Shown in pieces: positions 53,580 to 64,000 of a DNA stretch of 64,000 nucleotides (positions are counted from its first letter, which is position 1; each line of letters opens with the position of its first letter). The notes below the pieces were generated by a model. The model had not been told where the DNA came from, searched no databases, and saw only the letters and a program-made list of their open reading frames with translations. The stretch comes from Octopus vulgaris (Eukaryota). Made by a program: the position numbers and the translations under genes. The stretch is taken from the NCBI GenBank assembly GCA_951406725.2, contig OX597825.1, positions 42,842,001-42,906,000 of the forward strand, in the 5' to 3' direction.

Positions 53580-53780
53580 AAATTTTGACACAAGGCCAGC
53601 TAGGTCGAGGAAGGCGGTAACTCGATTACATCGACTCCAGTGCTTGAATGGTATTTATTTTATCGACCACGAAAGGACGAAAGGCGAAGTCATCCTCGAC
53701 GGTATCTGAACTTAGAATGTAACGACGGACGAAATCCCGTTAAGCATTTTGCCCGGCGTGCTAACGATTCTGCCAGCGGC
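53580..53780 (-). mobile_element. Meta-type SINE
   Basis: Reverse complement of ctggcagaatcgttagcacgccgggcaaaatgcttaac...gtcgataaaataaatacc. Confidence 0.7.
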
Positions 53781-54392
53781 GCATTGCCTTAACTATTTTA
53801 GGATATTAAAAGCGCATCACTATATCTGTCTAAAGGCTTTGCCCCATTCTAAAGGAATAATACGAACTAAACGAAACCTTTTAATACTCACCTCATTTCA
53901 CACAATGTTTAGTTTATTTAGAAAAAGCTTTAGTTTATTTAGAAAAAGAAAAAAAATCAATATTTTAGTACACTGCTCAAATTTAACTGGTAAACAAAAT
54001 CCCCATTTATTTCAACATCACATTCAACTGGAGGTGAGAGCAAAAGTAGTGTTTTACTTTTGTCTCCGAATACATTTCATAAGAAGTGATTTCTGATGAC
54101 AATGCACTTCTCCAGGTGTTGAGAGTGTATGATATTGAATATCATCATTCTTACTCGCATGGTTGGCAGTTCTTTTTAATAAACAGTGAGACCAATAAAT
54201 AAATGAAATTGGAAGTACTTTTATTCATAGAAACATACAGGTAGGTGTACAAGAACCGAAGTCATTGGAAACAAAATGTGCACAGAGGCACACGCAAAAC
54301 CACATACATATAGTATATCTATTATAATATACATGTACATACATGCATACATATATACATACATACGTAATACATACATACATAGACATACA

Positions 54393-54425
<33 letters not shown>

Positions 54426-54859
54426 GCACGCACGCACACACACACACACACACACACATTCTGAACTGAGCTCCAACGAACTTTTCCACCGTCTAGGCTT
54501 AAAAAAGCCCTCAATGTTGGTTTCATTGTCCTGTTTTTATTCTTTATGTGTACTGCATTTTTATTTGTATTGCTTTTACGTCCTGTTCTTGTCACTTTTT
54601 TCTTTCCTTGTTTTACCCCTCTGCAAAGGAATTTTATTTAATTCATTTTGCAGGAAGGATTGTTTCGGCCGGATCGTGTTCTGCCCTTACCTTCGAAACA
54701 CGCATTGAGTCGAACCAGGGGCAGCTGATGAAGGGGAATGTTCCTTGTATTGTTTGTCTTGTACTCTGTTTTTTCGTTGTTAAATAAAAGTCCGCTTCCT
54801 TGTTTGTTTTTATGTTTTCGTTTCTCGTTGTGTTCTACGTGTATTTGTGATGTCCTGTA

Positions 54860-54903
<44 letters not shown>

Positions 54904-54973
54904 GGACTAAACACATAAATGTGAAACAAGGTGGAAAAAAAGAGTACTCAAATACCAGTGGTAGAGTAATATG

Positions 54974-55140
54974 CTTTATTTAAAGCAGCAGAAAATTCAA
55001 CAAAATCTGTTACTCTGAGTTTCCCGTTGCCGTTCATCAGACAGTTTTTGCTAGAAAAAACTAGCAAAAACTGTCTGATGAACGGCAACGAGAAACTCAG
55101 AGTAACAGATTTTGTTGAATTTCCTGCTGCTTTAAATAAA

Positions 55141-55141
<1 letters not shown>
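54974..55141. repeat. 81-bp-arm palindrome, each arm carrying a hammerhead-like motif
   Basis: Arms 54974-55054 and 55061-55141, A6 loop, about two mismatches. Confidence 0.95.
55071..55108 (+). ncRNA. Minimal type I hammerhead-like motif (mirror copy on minus strand ~55007-55044)
   Basis: ctgt-CTGATGA-a-cg-gcaa-cg-a-GAA-ACTC-a-GAGT-A-acag. Confidence 0.6.
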
Positions 55142-55187
<46 letters not shown>

Positions 55188-55798
55188 TGTATATATACAT
55201 ATAGATGTAGGTACGTACATATATGTATGTATGTATGCATATATTTTATTTATTAAATTGTTATTATATGACTGAGCGCCTCGCGTCGTTTCGTTTCTTA
55301 TCCTCCAAGTAAGTTTTTATATATAATTATGGCGCGCACTCTCTAACCCTTTACTTGACCTTTCCTTCCTTCCTGTCTGTCTTCCTCTCTACCTGTCTCT
55401 CTCCTTCTTATTTTTCACCATTTCTGGTTTCCTTTCCTGTCTATCTCTCTCTCTCTCACTCCTCCTCCTCTCTCTCACTGCTGAGAGGACTACTAAATTT
55501 CTTTTGCTCGTAGCTTTCAACAAGTCAACATCGACTTTTTCTGTCTCTAGCAAGTCGATTCTGAACTGCGCTCCAACGAATTGAATATGAAATATGAATT
55601 TGTTCTGCCCTTACCTTCGAAACACGCATTGAGTCGAACCAGGGGCAGCTGATGAAGGGGAATATTCCTTGTATTGTTTGTCTTGTACTCTGTTTTTTCG
55701 TTGTTAAAAAAAGACTGCTTCCTTGTTTGTTTTTATGTTTTCGTTTCTCGTTGTGTTCTATGTTTATTTGTGGTGTTCTGTACTCATATATATATATA

Positions 55799-56375
55799 TT
55801 TCATTTCATTTCATTTCATTTGGGCTTGAGTCCATGCTCAGGCCAAGTCGAAGACTCCACCCTCAGAGTCTGGTGTGGTTGCCAGGTTGTATTCTCTGCT
55901 TAATTTTGACATGTGTAGGAGCGAGTTTGAGTCAGTTTGTGCTCGTTGTGTATATCCTGGGAGATGGGGTTCATCTCTAATGGTGCTTAAGTATCTATCC
56001 AGTTGCAATTTGAATGATTCCACACTGCATCCTGATAGATTTCTGACATGTACCGGAATGGAGTTGAACAGTTGTGCTCCTCGAACCAACAGACTTGATT
56101 CTCGCAGGGTTTTTGCTGCCTGGCCAGCCTTTTTGTTGATTGGTGGCAGCTGGCAGCGTCTTCCGTGGCGCAGTGAGTGGTAGGTTTTGATACCAAAGTT
56201 TGGCACCTTCTGCTCTATCATTTTCCAAATGTATATAATTCGGTATCGCTCAAATCTTCTTTCTATTGAGTACATCCTCAAGGTTTTGAGTCTTTGCCAA
56301 TAGTCCAGGTCCCTCGTTTCTCAGAAGTATGAGGTAAAATTTCTTTGGAGCGATTCTATCTTAGATAGTTGGCCC

Positions 56376-56378
<3 letters not shown>
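55799..56378 (-). mobile_element. 3' end of a CR1/L2-group-like LINE with (TGAAA)n tail
   Basis: [21 protein letters not shown]...LFNSIP...FKLQLDRYL; tail tttcatttcatttc at 55799-55820; inserted in (TA)n. Confidence 0.75.
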
Positions 56379-56442
<64 letters not shown>

Positions 56443-56576
56443 TATATATGCATGTATATATACATATAGATGTAGGTACGTACATATATGTATGTATGTA
56501 TATATCTTATTTATCAAATTGTTATTATATGACTGAGCGCCTCGCGTCGTTTCGTTTCTTATCCCCCAAGTAAGTT

Positions 56577-56620
<44 letters not shown>

Positions 56621-56999
56621 CAACCTCCGAACGCGATTTACATTCACATACCTCCCTCCTTCTCTCATGCAAATATATACAGTATATACAAATGTGTAAC
56701 AAACGAACGGAAATTACGCACAAGGCAAATAGCTGGAATGGTACTTAATGATTTACAGGCTGACAGAGTTTCCCCTCACCCCATGTGATTTAAATTTTCG
56801 TGAGCTTGAAATCCCGTGGGTATATATTCACGAAATTTTTAGTGACACGAGGAATACATTCACTCACACATACACACGCACGCACATATATATATATTTA
56901 ATTATAAATATATAAATATAATTAAGGGCGTTGGAAGTACGACGCTAATACGCTAGAAGTAGATGTCAAACATCTACAAACTTCTCTAAGTTTGTTCTA

Positions 57000-57413
57000 C
57001 TTTTTTGCACAAGGCTGAATGAAAAGAAATGGACACGAATATGTCTTGCAAACAACTTGCACATACAAGTGCTACCAGTCAGAAACTCCGCATACCGGAA
57101 GCCAGCAAGTGTATGGGGTCATCAGGAGAGAATGTGCGCCGTTTCGGGGCCTACCTCTCGACGGCATCAATGCGCACCAGCCCCCCCCCCCTTACTGATA
57201 TGATGCCCCGCTTGCTAGATCAGCTGGTTATCAAATAAAGCTCAATATCCTTCTAGCCATCGCTCATCATCTCTTTTTAACCAATTCCAGTGGCTAGCCT
57301 TTTCCACTGTAGATTGGATATCGGTCATGGTGGTATTGACTTTACGATGAGTTAGGCCTAGCGATAACAACAGTCGTCTCACACTGTGTCCAACGAACCC
57401 TCTACATCCAATT
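57000..57413 (-). mobile_element. HERO-clade (RLE) retrotransposon 3' end and 3'UTR
   Basis: EIGCRGFVGHS...VEKASHWNWLKR, stop at 57242; upstream part at 61461-61605. The 3' boundary is uncertain. Confidence 0.75.
57111..57177 (-). ncRNA. Candidate hammerhead ribozyme with non-circularly permuted strand order
   Basis: gccGTC-gagag...GAA-acggc...ctctc-CTGATGA: helices I and III pair perfectly; helix II is irregular. Confidence 0.55.
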
Positions 57414-60400
57414 TCTTTATTAACCACAAGGGCCTAAACATAGAGGGGGCAATACAGCCTGATTGGGGTCAGACACACAATGATTATATGACTTTTAAAA
57501 TTTTATAAAATATAATGAAATCGAATGAAATCGAATGAGATACAACAAGGAGGAAATACAAACATGAGATGAAGCAGAGAGATGGCTTAAGCTATGACCT
57601 CACGAGCCCCATTCTCCTACTGAAACTTTTGTATGCAGACTTATGACATGTTCACGAGGAATCTTTCATCCCCAGCACCCTCGCAACATGCAACCATCTA
57701 TCTTTGAACATTTTCTTTGACAGGCATCTTCTCTCCTGCCTCACCTTCCTTTTAAGGTGGAAGATAAAAAATCTCACCAACCCGAGATCGGAGATGAGGT
57801 TGCCTGTCGCCAAACCTTTCATTCGCGACTTCCATACCACCTCTTTCGCTATTGCTACTACTGCAAGAAAATATTGCTTACCTACTTTCGTGAGGAAATC
57901 CGGCGGGTAAATTTTTACGATTGACTCAGACGACAGCTCTTCCCGAACCTGACAGTAGATGTTCTGTCTAAGCCCACACTTCAGACACTCCCGGGCGCTG
58001 AACAAAAGCGTGCAGGACGGTTTCCCTATCCCGCCCGCATCTTGGACAGTCGGTAGTGGTAGTTCGACCGTGTTGTGCGAGCTTATCCCGAACGGGTAAG
58101 GCTCCTCGGTAACATTGCCAGGCCAGAGATTTTTGGAAATTATCCAAACACCCCGGCCCGAACGTCCTTCGGAACAGACTGTCTAACTGGCTATCTCTGA
58201 GACCTAAGGTCTCCTCTAGGGTATCGTCGTTCCCAGCCTCTACCAACCTGCTATAGAAAAATGTGGTGGTACCAACACCGCTAGCATTACCCGAGCGATG
58301 GAACTGTGGGAGTGCTTTACGGCACTCCGTAAACCATGTACCCAACCTCGATCTACAAAGGAACCAGCTTTCTTGTCACTAAAGCTAGTGAACCTGGGAA
58401 ACATCCGTTTCGCGAGCGGAGACAACACCAGTTCACCATTCAGGAGTAGCCAGAGATGCCTCAAACTCAGCGCATGTTTGCGCATCAACAGCCAAGGTCT
58501 CCCAAGTCCTCCATTCAACGGCTTCTAGCAGCAAATAGAACGCCTCACAAGAGGAGTGGTGCCCTCCCACAAAAAGCAGAAGATCTGCCTCTCCAACTTG
58601 CTCAACCACGACCCGGGACAGGGCACGACGGTTAGGCGGTAAATGTGACCGATGCGATAAACACATTGACCAACCCCGCCCTCCCTTTCAAGGATAGCCA
58701 CCGCCAAGAGCAGGTCTTGACTATGCAGGTCACCTTGCTCGATACCTCTGCCCAGTTCTTTTCTACCTGGAGGTCAGGTCCAAACCAAACTCCTAGCAGC
58801 TTAACCAGGCCCTCCGTCCAACGTCCCGCGACGCTATCCGAAGGCATCGACTTGCCCCTCCAGGTGCCGAGTTGCAAGCCGACTGACTTTTCCCGGTTAA
58901 TCTTTCCTCCTGCCACCTTAATGGTTTCACCTACCCTCTGTAGGTGTTCCATCTTGGTTACGATAATGGTGATGTCATCCGCATATGCTGAAACCGACTC
59001 TCCAACAGCCGGCTCCCTCGGGATGCCACTCAACTTTCGCAGTAACGGCTCTAGGGCCATCACATACAAAAGCGGCGAGAGTGGACATCCTTGGCGAACC
59101 GAGCGCTTAATAGAGAACGGCCTAGAAAGAAAGCCGTTCACCCGAATGATCGAATCGATGTTATCGTATAATTGGATTATCCACCTAAGGAAGCCAAGAC
59201 CCAGCCCGAACTGTGCCAGCACGGTCACCAGGTACCGATGGTCAACCCTATCGAATGCTTCTGATTGGTCTAAATGGACCAAAGCCTCACCTTTGCCAGA
59301 ATCACTACCAAAACCTTCTAAGGTATAGCGTATAAGAGCAGCACTACTGCTCAACACGGCTTCCTCTAATTTCTTAACTTGTTATAGTTCCCTCTTACGC
59401 TCTATAGTCACTAAACCTATGCTATATCTAACAGACTCAAATTTAATGGCTCTTTTGAGGGCATACCACCATTTATTATTAATGATGGTACCTGTTAAAG
59501 CCCTCTGTATCAGTAACTTAATCCGGCTCCTGTACTCTTCGTTCGCCAAATGGGACTTATTGAGTTTCCAGTAATTGCCATCAGTCTGATTTTCTTACCG
59601 CAACTGAAAGTCAGGTCTAAGACGACCAGCCTACATTCTGGGTCCGAAAAAATTAACTTCTTCTCTGAAACCCGGTTTCTTTTTAGTAGGACCAATACCC
59701 CACCCCCACCCGCCGGTGGACCTCGAGAAACAAATTTCTCGTATCCGTCCAGGAGTGGGAGCAGTCCTCTTGATCACTTTAACCGGGTTTCAGTAGCAAC
59801 AATGACATCCAAATTATGTGACCTGACGTCGTTTAAGAAGCGACCTTGCTTCCATCCCGCCGTCAGGCCACGTACATTTAAACATCCAGCGTGAACTGCC
59901 ATAAGTCTTACCTCAATTTCCTGTTTCTTCGCTAAGAGGCAGTGTGGGGTCTGCCTCCTTTTATTTTTCTGAGTCTCGTGGAGTCGTTCTAAGTAAACCT
60001 TCGTACAGATTGTCTGAAATATCCCACCTCATCGGGCCAACATCGCTCCAATAGTCATTTGCTAGAACGTTGTAAGACGTTCTGTCTACGTGGTATACTT
60101 CGAACCCGTCTTTAACGTTTTTGCATTCAGTTCTTTATAGTTTTTTGTTACTTTGTATTCGGCTCATTAACCTCGAGTTTGAGGTTCGAACCGCCATATA
60201 CAGAACTTCTTTTTCTCTTGTTTCTTTTGTTTTTGATTGTTTAGCTTTTTCATGCCTTCTTTGGGTTGGCATTTTTGCCAATGATTTAATATTTCTTTTA
60301 ATCTTCCTTTTGCTACCAGCTATCTCCCATTCCGTCTCTTCTTTATTTTCGCTCTCATTTTCTTCTTCTGTGCTTTCTTCTATTTTTCCATTCTCTTTAG

Positions 60401-61385
60401 TTTCGTCTTCCGAGACTTCTTCAATGTTGTTCTCATCTTTTTCTTTTTCTTCACCACTCTTGCATTCGGACATAACATGGCCCTTCTTTCCACATTTAAA
60501 ACATCTGGGTTTTCTACCCTCCACCATGACTACTAACTTCGTATCCATTGTATCTGTGACCCCTGGAATTTTTTCTGGGGTCATAGGGTCTGCTTAGATC
60601 AGCATTTTTATTGTCTCGTCAAGCCAGACTTTGTATTCTGTTACTTCCGCCGAAAGAAGTGTGGTTTCTTCCTCTGGGTCATACAGTACTGCCGCTACTA
60701 GCCATTCGGCGTTCACCTCCGGTGGTACACAGCTTATCTTTATTCAGGATGTTCTCCTCCCCGTATAAATCGGCAACAGTACCACCTCATCCGTTCGCAT
60801 CAGCTCGACAGAACACTTTTGCGCCTGTTCCACTGTTGACACCCTCACTTCAACAGTTGCGTATCTTTTTCCTCTGGCCAAATATTTGATGTTATTCCAA
60901 ATTGGCCTTAAACATTTTTCTACGCTCTTGTCATAGTTAATTTTTTTCTTTTCAACATTATACGTTTTGAAAATTATAGTCATTTCGAGTGCATCTTTAA
61001 TGATGCTATGAGGAGGGACCACCTTTATTTCGGTCCCTTCTTCTGTTAATAGCTCTGGGTGTGCCTTGAAATTGGTTGTATCAATTTTCCTTGAGTTTCC
61101 TCCGGCGGCAGCTGCAAAGCTCCTTATTGGTTCTTCCAATATCCTTTTGCTCACTACAGAATCCTTACTGGTACTTGGCACTGAAGATACACTCTCCCTA
61201 TGCGCGGCAGTACATTCCATTGTGTAAAAACACAAATAAATACAGTAAAACGTTCCCCCGCACGTTTTACAGATTGTGCTTCAAAACAAGCAACAAACAT
61301 TTCTTTTTTTTCAAATTATAACTAAATTTAACTGTAACAGACACAAAATTTTAACTTTGTATGACCAAAAAAAACCACACAAATC
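57414..61385 (-). mobile_element. Tx1-clade LINE with both ends, degenerate, two internal ORF2 deletions
   Basis: ORF1 pieces (RGKRYATVEVRV, VEGRKPRCFKCGKKGHVMSEC); ORF2 from ~59902 (MAVHAGCLNVRGL) through YADD to 57652; TCTACATCCAATTTC duplicated on both sides. Confidence 0.9.
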
Positions 61386-61460
61386 CTTCTACATCCAATT
61401 TCTTTATTAGCCACAAGGGCCCAAACATAGAGGGGGATAATACAGACACAATCCTTCTAC

Positions 61461-61605
61461 ACTGGATAATGTTCCGCTTTCAAGCCTGCGTCTTCACATT
61501 TCTCGAGGAGGTTTACATAACGGTTAAATTTTCGAGCCCGAGCGGCGTCTATATTATCTTCATGAGGAACCGTTAACTCGACTAGGCGTTAGACTTTATC
61601 ACTAC
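61461..61605 (-). mobile_element. HERO RLE fragment contiguous in protein with 57242-57413
   Basis: LVELTVPHEDNIDAARARKFNRYVNLL..CEDAGLKAEHYPV then EIGCRGF. Confidence 0.75.
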
Positions 61606-63851
61606 TTAAATTTTTTATCTTTAAACGTTATTGTTAAACGGTTTTGGGATCTTTGTCTGTCTGTATTGAGATAGACAAGGAAGAAGCGGTCTGCCCCTCT
61701 CTAATATGTTTGAAGGTCTCAGCGTGTCGGATTTGTCGTCCTCTGAAGAGGAGCAAGAAAAGGCTGTTAAAAAGATGGACAAACAATTAGGAATTACATA
61801 CGCACGAGTGACAAGGTCGGAGGAGAAGGAAATAGACTTAGCCAAGTTGCCAAGCTATCAGGCTTTCGTAAAAAAGGTCGGCGGTGAAGTGGAGTTGGCA
61901 CCGTCACAAAAGAGAAGAGAATGGCACGGACGAAGGGCCATCACTTACCGAGTTTATGCTAACGAAAAAAGAAAAATAGAAGTAGTCGGAATGGAGGTAA
62001 TCGAAGAAGCGCTGAAAAGGACTGAAGAAGAAATTATATTCCTGGCAAGAGGTGTAAGTTTCGGTACCATGGTGGTCCAGTTTGAGAACGAAAGTGTAGC
62101 GAGAAGAATAGCGGCGAGGACTGTGAAAACGGAAAAGGTGTTCCTTCTGCCCTCGTATCTGGGTAGAAGGACAACTCGGATCAGGGTGGAGGGAATACCT
62201 CCCAATATCGATGGCGAGTGGATCGTGGCAGCCATCATTGGTGGATGCGAGGAGGAAGTAGACATTCTCCACGCCACGGTGAAGGATGAAGGAGGCTGGA
62301 AGGGTGCAGTTCTCGAAATGAACGTGCAAGCAGAAGCCGAAATATTGGATCAACTGGCAGAGAGTGTCAAAATGGGAAATATTATTATGAGAGTGTGGGT
62401 GGAGGGCAGAGCGCCGCGCTGCTACAAGTGTGACGTGAAAGGTCACATAAGAGCTAACTGCCCTCCCCCATCAAAGTAAATAAGAGAGGTAGTAACCGAA
62501 GAGGAACAGAATATAACGGAGCAGAATACAACAGGAGGAAGTACCAAAAGAATGGGAAGACGGCAGAAGGAGGAAAAGGAGAAGGGGAAAAGTGAATCGT
62601 GCTGAACCCCAATCCACCCCAACACCACCCGCACCCTCTGAGGCCAACCCTTCCCCTGCAGACAGTGAACCCACCCGCTCCCCACCAACAAGAAAACAAA
62701 AAAAGAAGCAAACACACAAGATAACTCTAAAAATCATAGGACCAATATTCTTGGTATTTGGGACCATGAAGAAGTACGGAAAATAATAAAAGACAGGGGG
62801 AAAGTAAAATGGAATGACTGTGAGTACAGGCTGGGGGTAATGTATGCGGTAATTCCGGAAGACCTTGTAAAGGAACTTGGGGAAGAATGTGCAAGGAGAA
62901 GTTATAAACTGGTTAGATATAAAATTGAAGAGGAAAGATTGTCTAAAATGGAAAGGGAATTCAATTGTAAACTGGAGGACTATATGCATTTCATTCCGGT
63001 TTAAGGAGGAAGAACGGGTAAGTGATGCTAGCGGATGGGGCCGCGACAAGTGATATAACGATGAAAGTATGGGTGGAGGGCATAGCCCCTCGTTGTTACA
63101 AATGTGGCCTGAAGGGCCACATAAAAGCAAATTGTAATACGACAGTGGAACAGATAACCAAGGAAACAACAGTGGAAACGGTAGCACCCCAGAAGGAACA
63201 GGAGGAAACAGAAGAAAAGGAGAGTCAAGTGAACGAAGACGGAAAAGAGTGGGAAACTCCAAGAAAAAGAAACAGCGGAAAAGAAAAAAAGGCAAGTAAC
63301 TGGGAATCCCAACCCACCCCAACACCACCCTCACCGACTGTGTCCCACCCCGTCCCTACAGACACCAATTCCACCCACAAGAAAACAGAAAACATACAAA
63401 CAAACGATAAGACAAAGTCACCACCCTGAAGAATATCTTATACGTATTATTTGACAACAAACATTTATATGAAAGATTGAAAATATGGGGAAAGATAGAA
63501 ATGCCAGATGGCTGGCATCAGAAAATGGTTTTAGTAGTGTCAAAAAGTCAGGTTGAGGAACTTGAAAAGGAACTTGAGGATGATTATACTTTATTAAGAA
63601 GAACATTGGAACCGGAAAGATGAATAAACTAGAAGAAATATATGAGGTTAAATTTGTAGACTTTGTGATTTTCGAGGTAAAATAGGAAAAAAAATGGACA
63701 AGTAAGCGATGTTGACTGATGGGGCAGTTAATTCATCTTTCATTTTCACCCTTTCTCTCATTTTATCATACGACAATTTGTTTTGATGTTTTTTGTCCCC
63801 AATGTGTTGTAGTGTCCCCTCTATGTAAGACATTTTATGGTTAATAAAAAA
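61606..63851 (+). mobile_element. Second ORF1-only 'half-Tx1'-like element with duplicated C-terminal half
   Basis: ORF 61706-62479 (RGVSFGTMVVQF; CYKCDVKGHIRANC); second knuckle CYKCGLKGHIKANC in 63022-63429; tail gtgtcccctctatgt..ggttaataaaaaa; no RT. Confidence 0.75.
61706..62479 (+). pseudogene. ORF1-like zinc-knuckle protein, truncated by a stop after the knuckle
   Basis: Homology to ORF1s at 12205-13487 and 14035-15495 (LLPSYLGRRT, IPP, VEGRAPRC). Confidence 0.75.
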
Positions 63852-63854
63852 TCA

Positions 63855-64000
63855 TCGACTATATTTACAACTGTCCTTCTGTCACACCACATCAAAATAT
63901 CTGGGGTTTTTTCGTAATTGGGATGGGAAAGAATCCCTGGCACCCAGGTAAATCTGCTGTCACCTCCCAATAGCCGTTCCACTTTTCATCTCTCACAGGA
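63855..64000 (-). mobile_element. HERO-like RLE fragment, runs off window end
   Basis: ADLPGCQGFFPIPITKKTPDILMWCDRRTVVNIV, the PD motif that precedes ELTVP. Confidence 0.6.

Larger units (their letters stand above)
54459..56577. repeat. Two-copy direct repeat unit with different inserts
   Basis: 54677-54870 matches 55601-55795; 55184-55315 matches 56449-56577; both units start ttctgaactg.gctccaacgaa. Confidence 0.85.

Noticed and set aside
53181-54708. Cys/Val- and His/Thr-rich ORFs (also 31592-32402)
   Set aside because: Translations of (CA)n/(TA)n microsatellites.

Overview
AT-rich eukaryotic genomic DNA, almost entirely transposable elements and microsatellites. The SINE types and repeat landscape suggest a mollusc, probably an octopus; this is inference. 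No host protein-coding gene, rRNA, true tRNA or CRISPR array can be supported. The window holds RTE, R4/Dong, Tx1 (L1 group), HERO and CR1-like non-LTR retrotransposons, Penelope-like remnants, a Chapaev3-type DNA transposon, two mariners, a non-autonomous Helitron and several tRNA-derived SINE families, many nested. Three things stand out. (1) A Tx1 system: a full-length element with an intact 1131-aa EN-RT ORF2, ORF1-only 'half-Tx1' elements and a SINE all share one 3' tail. The Tx1 and half-Tx1 elements also share a covarying 3'UTR pseudoknot, and Tx1 copies stack head-to-tail at reused insertion sites. (2) A hammerhead-like core with non-circularly permuted strand order in a HERO 3'UTR (~57111-57177, minus strand). 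(3) Minimal hammerhead-like motifs in Penelope-type repeats, including a head-to-head palindromic pair. All RNA structures were read by eye and are untested. Boundaries of degenerate elements are approximate.
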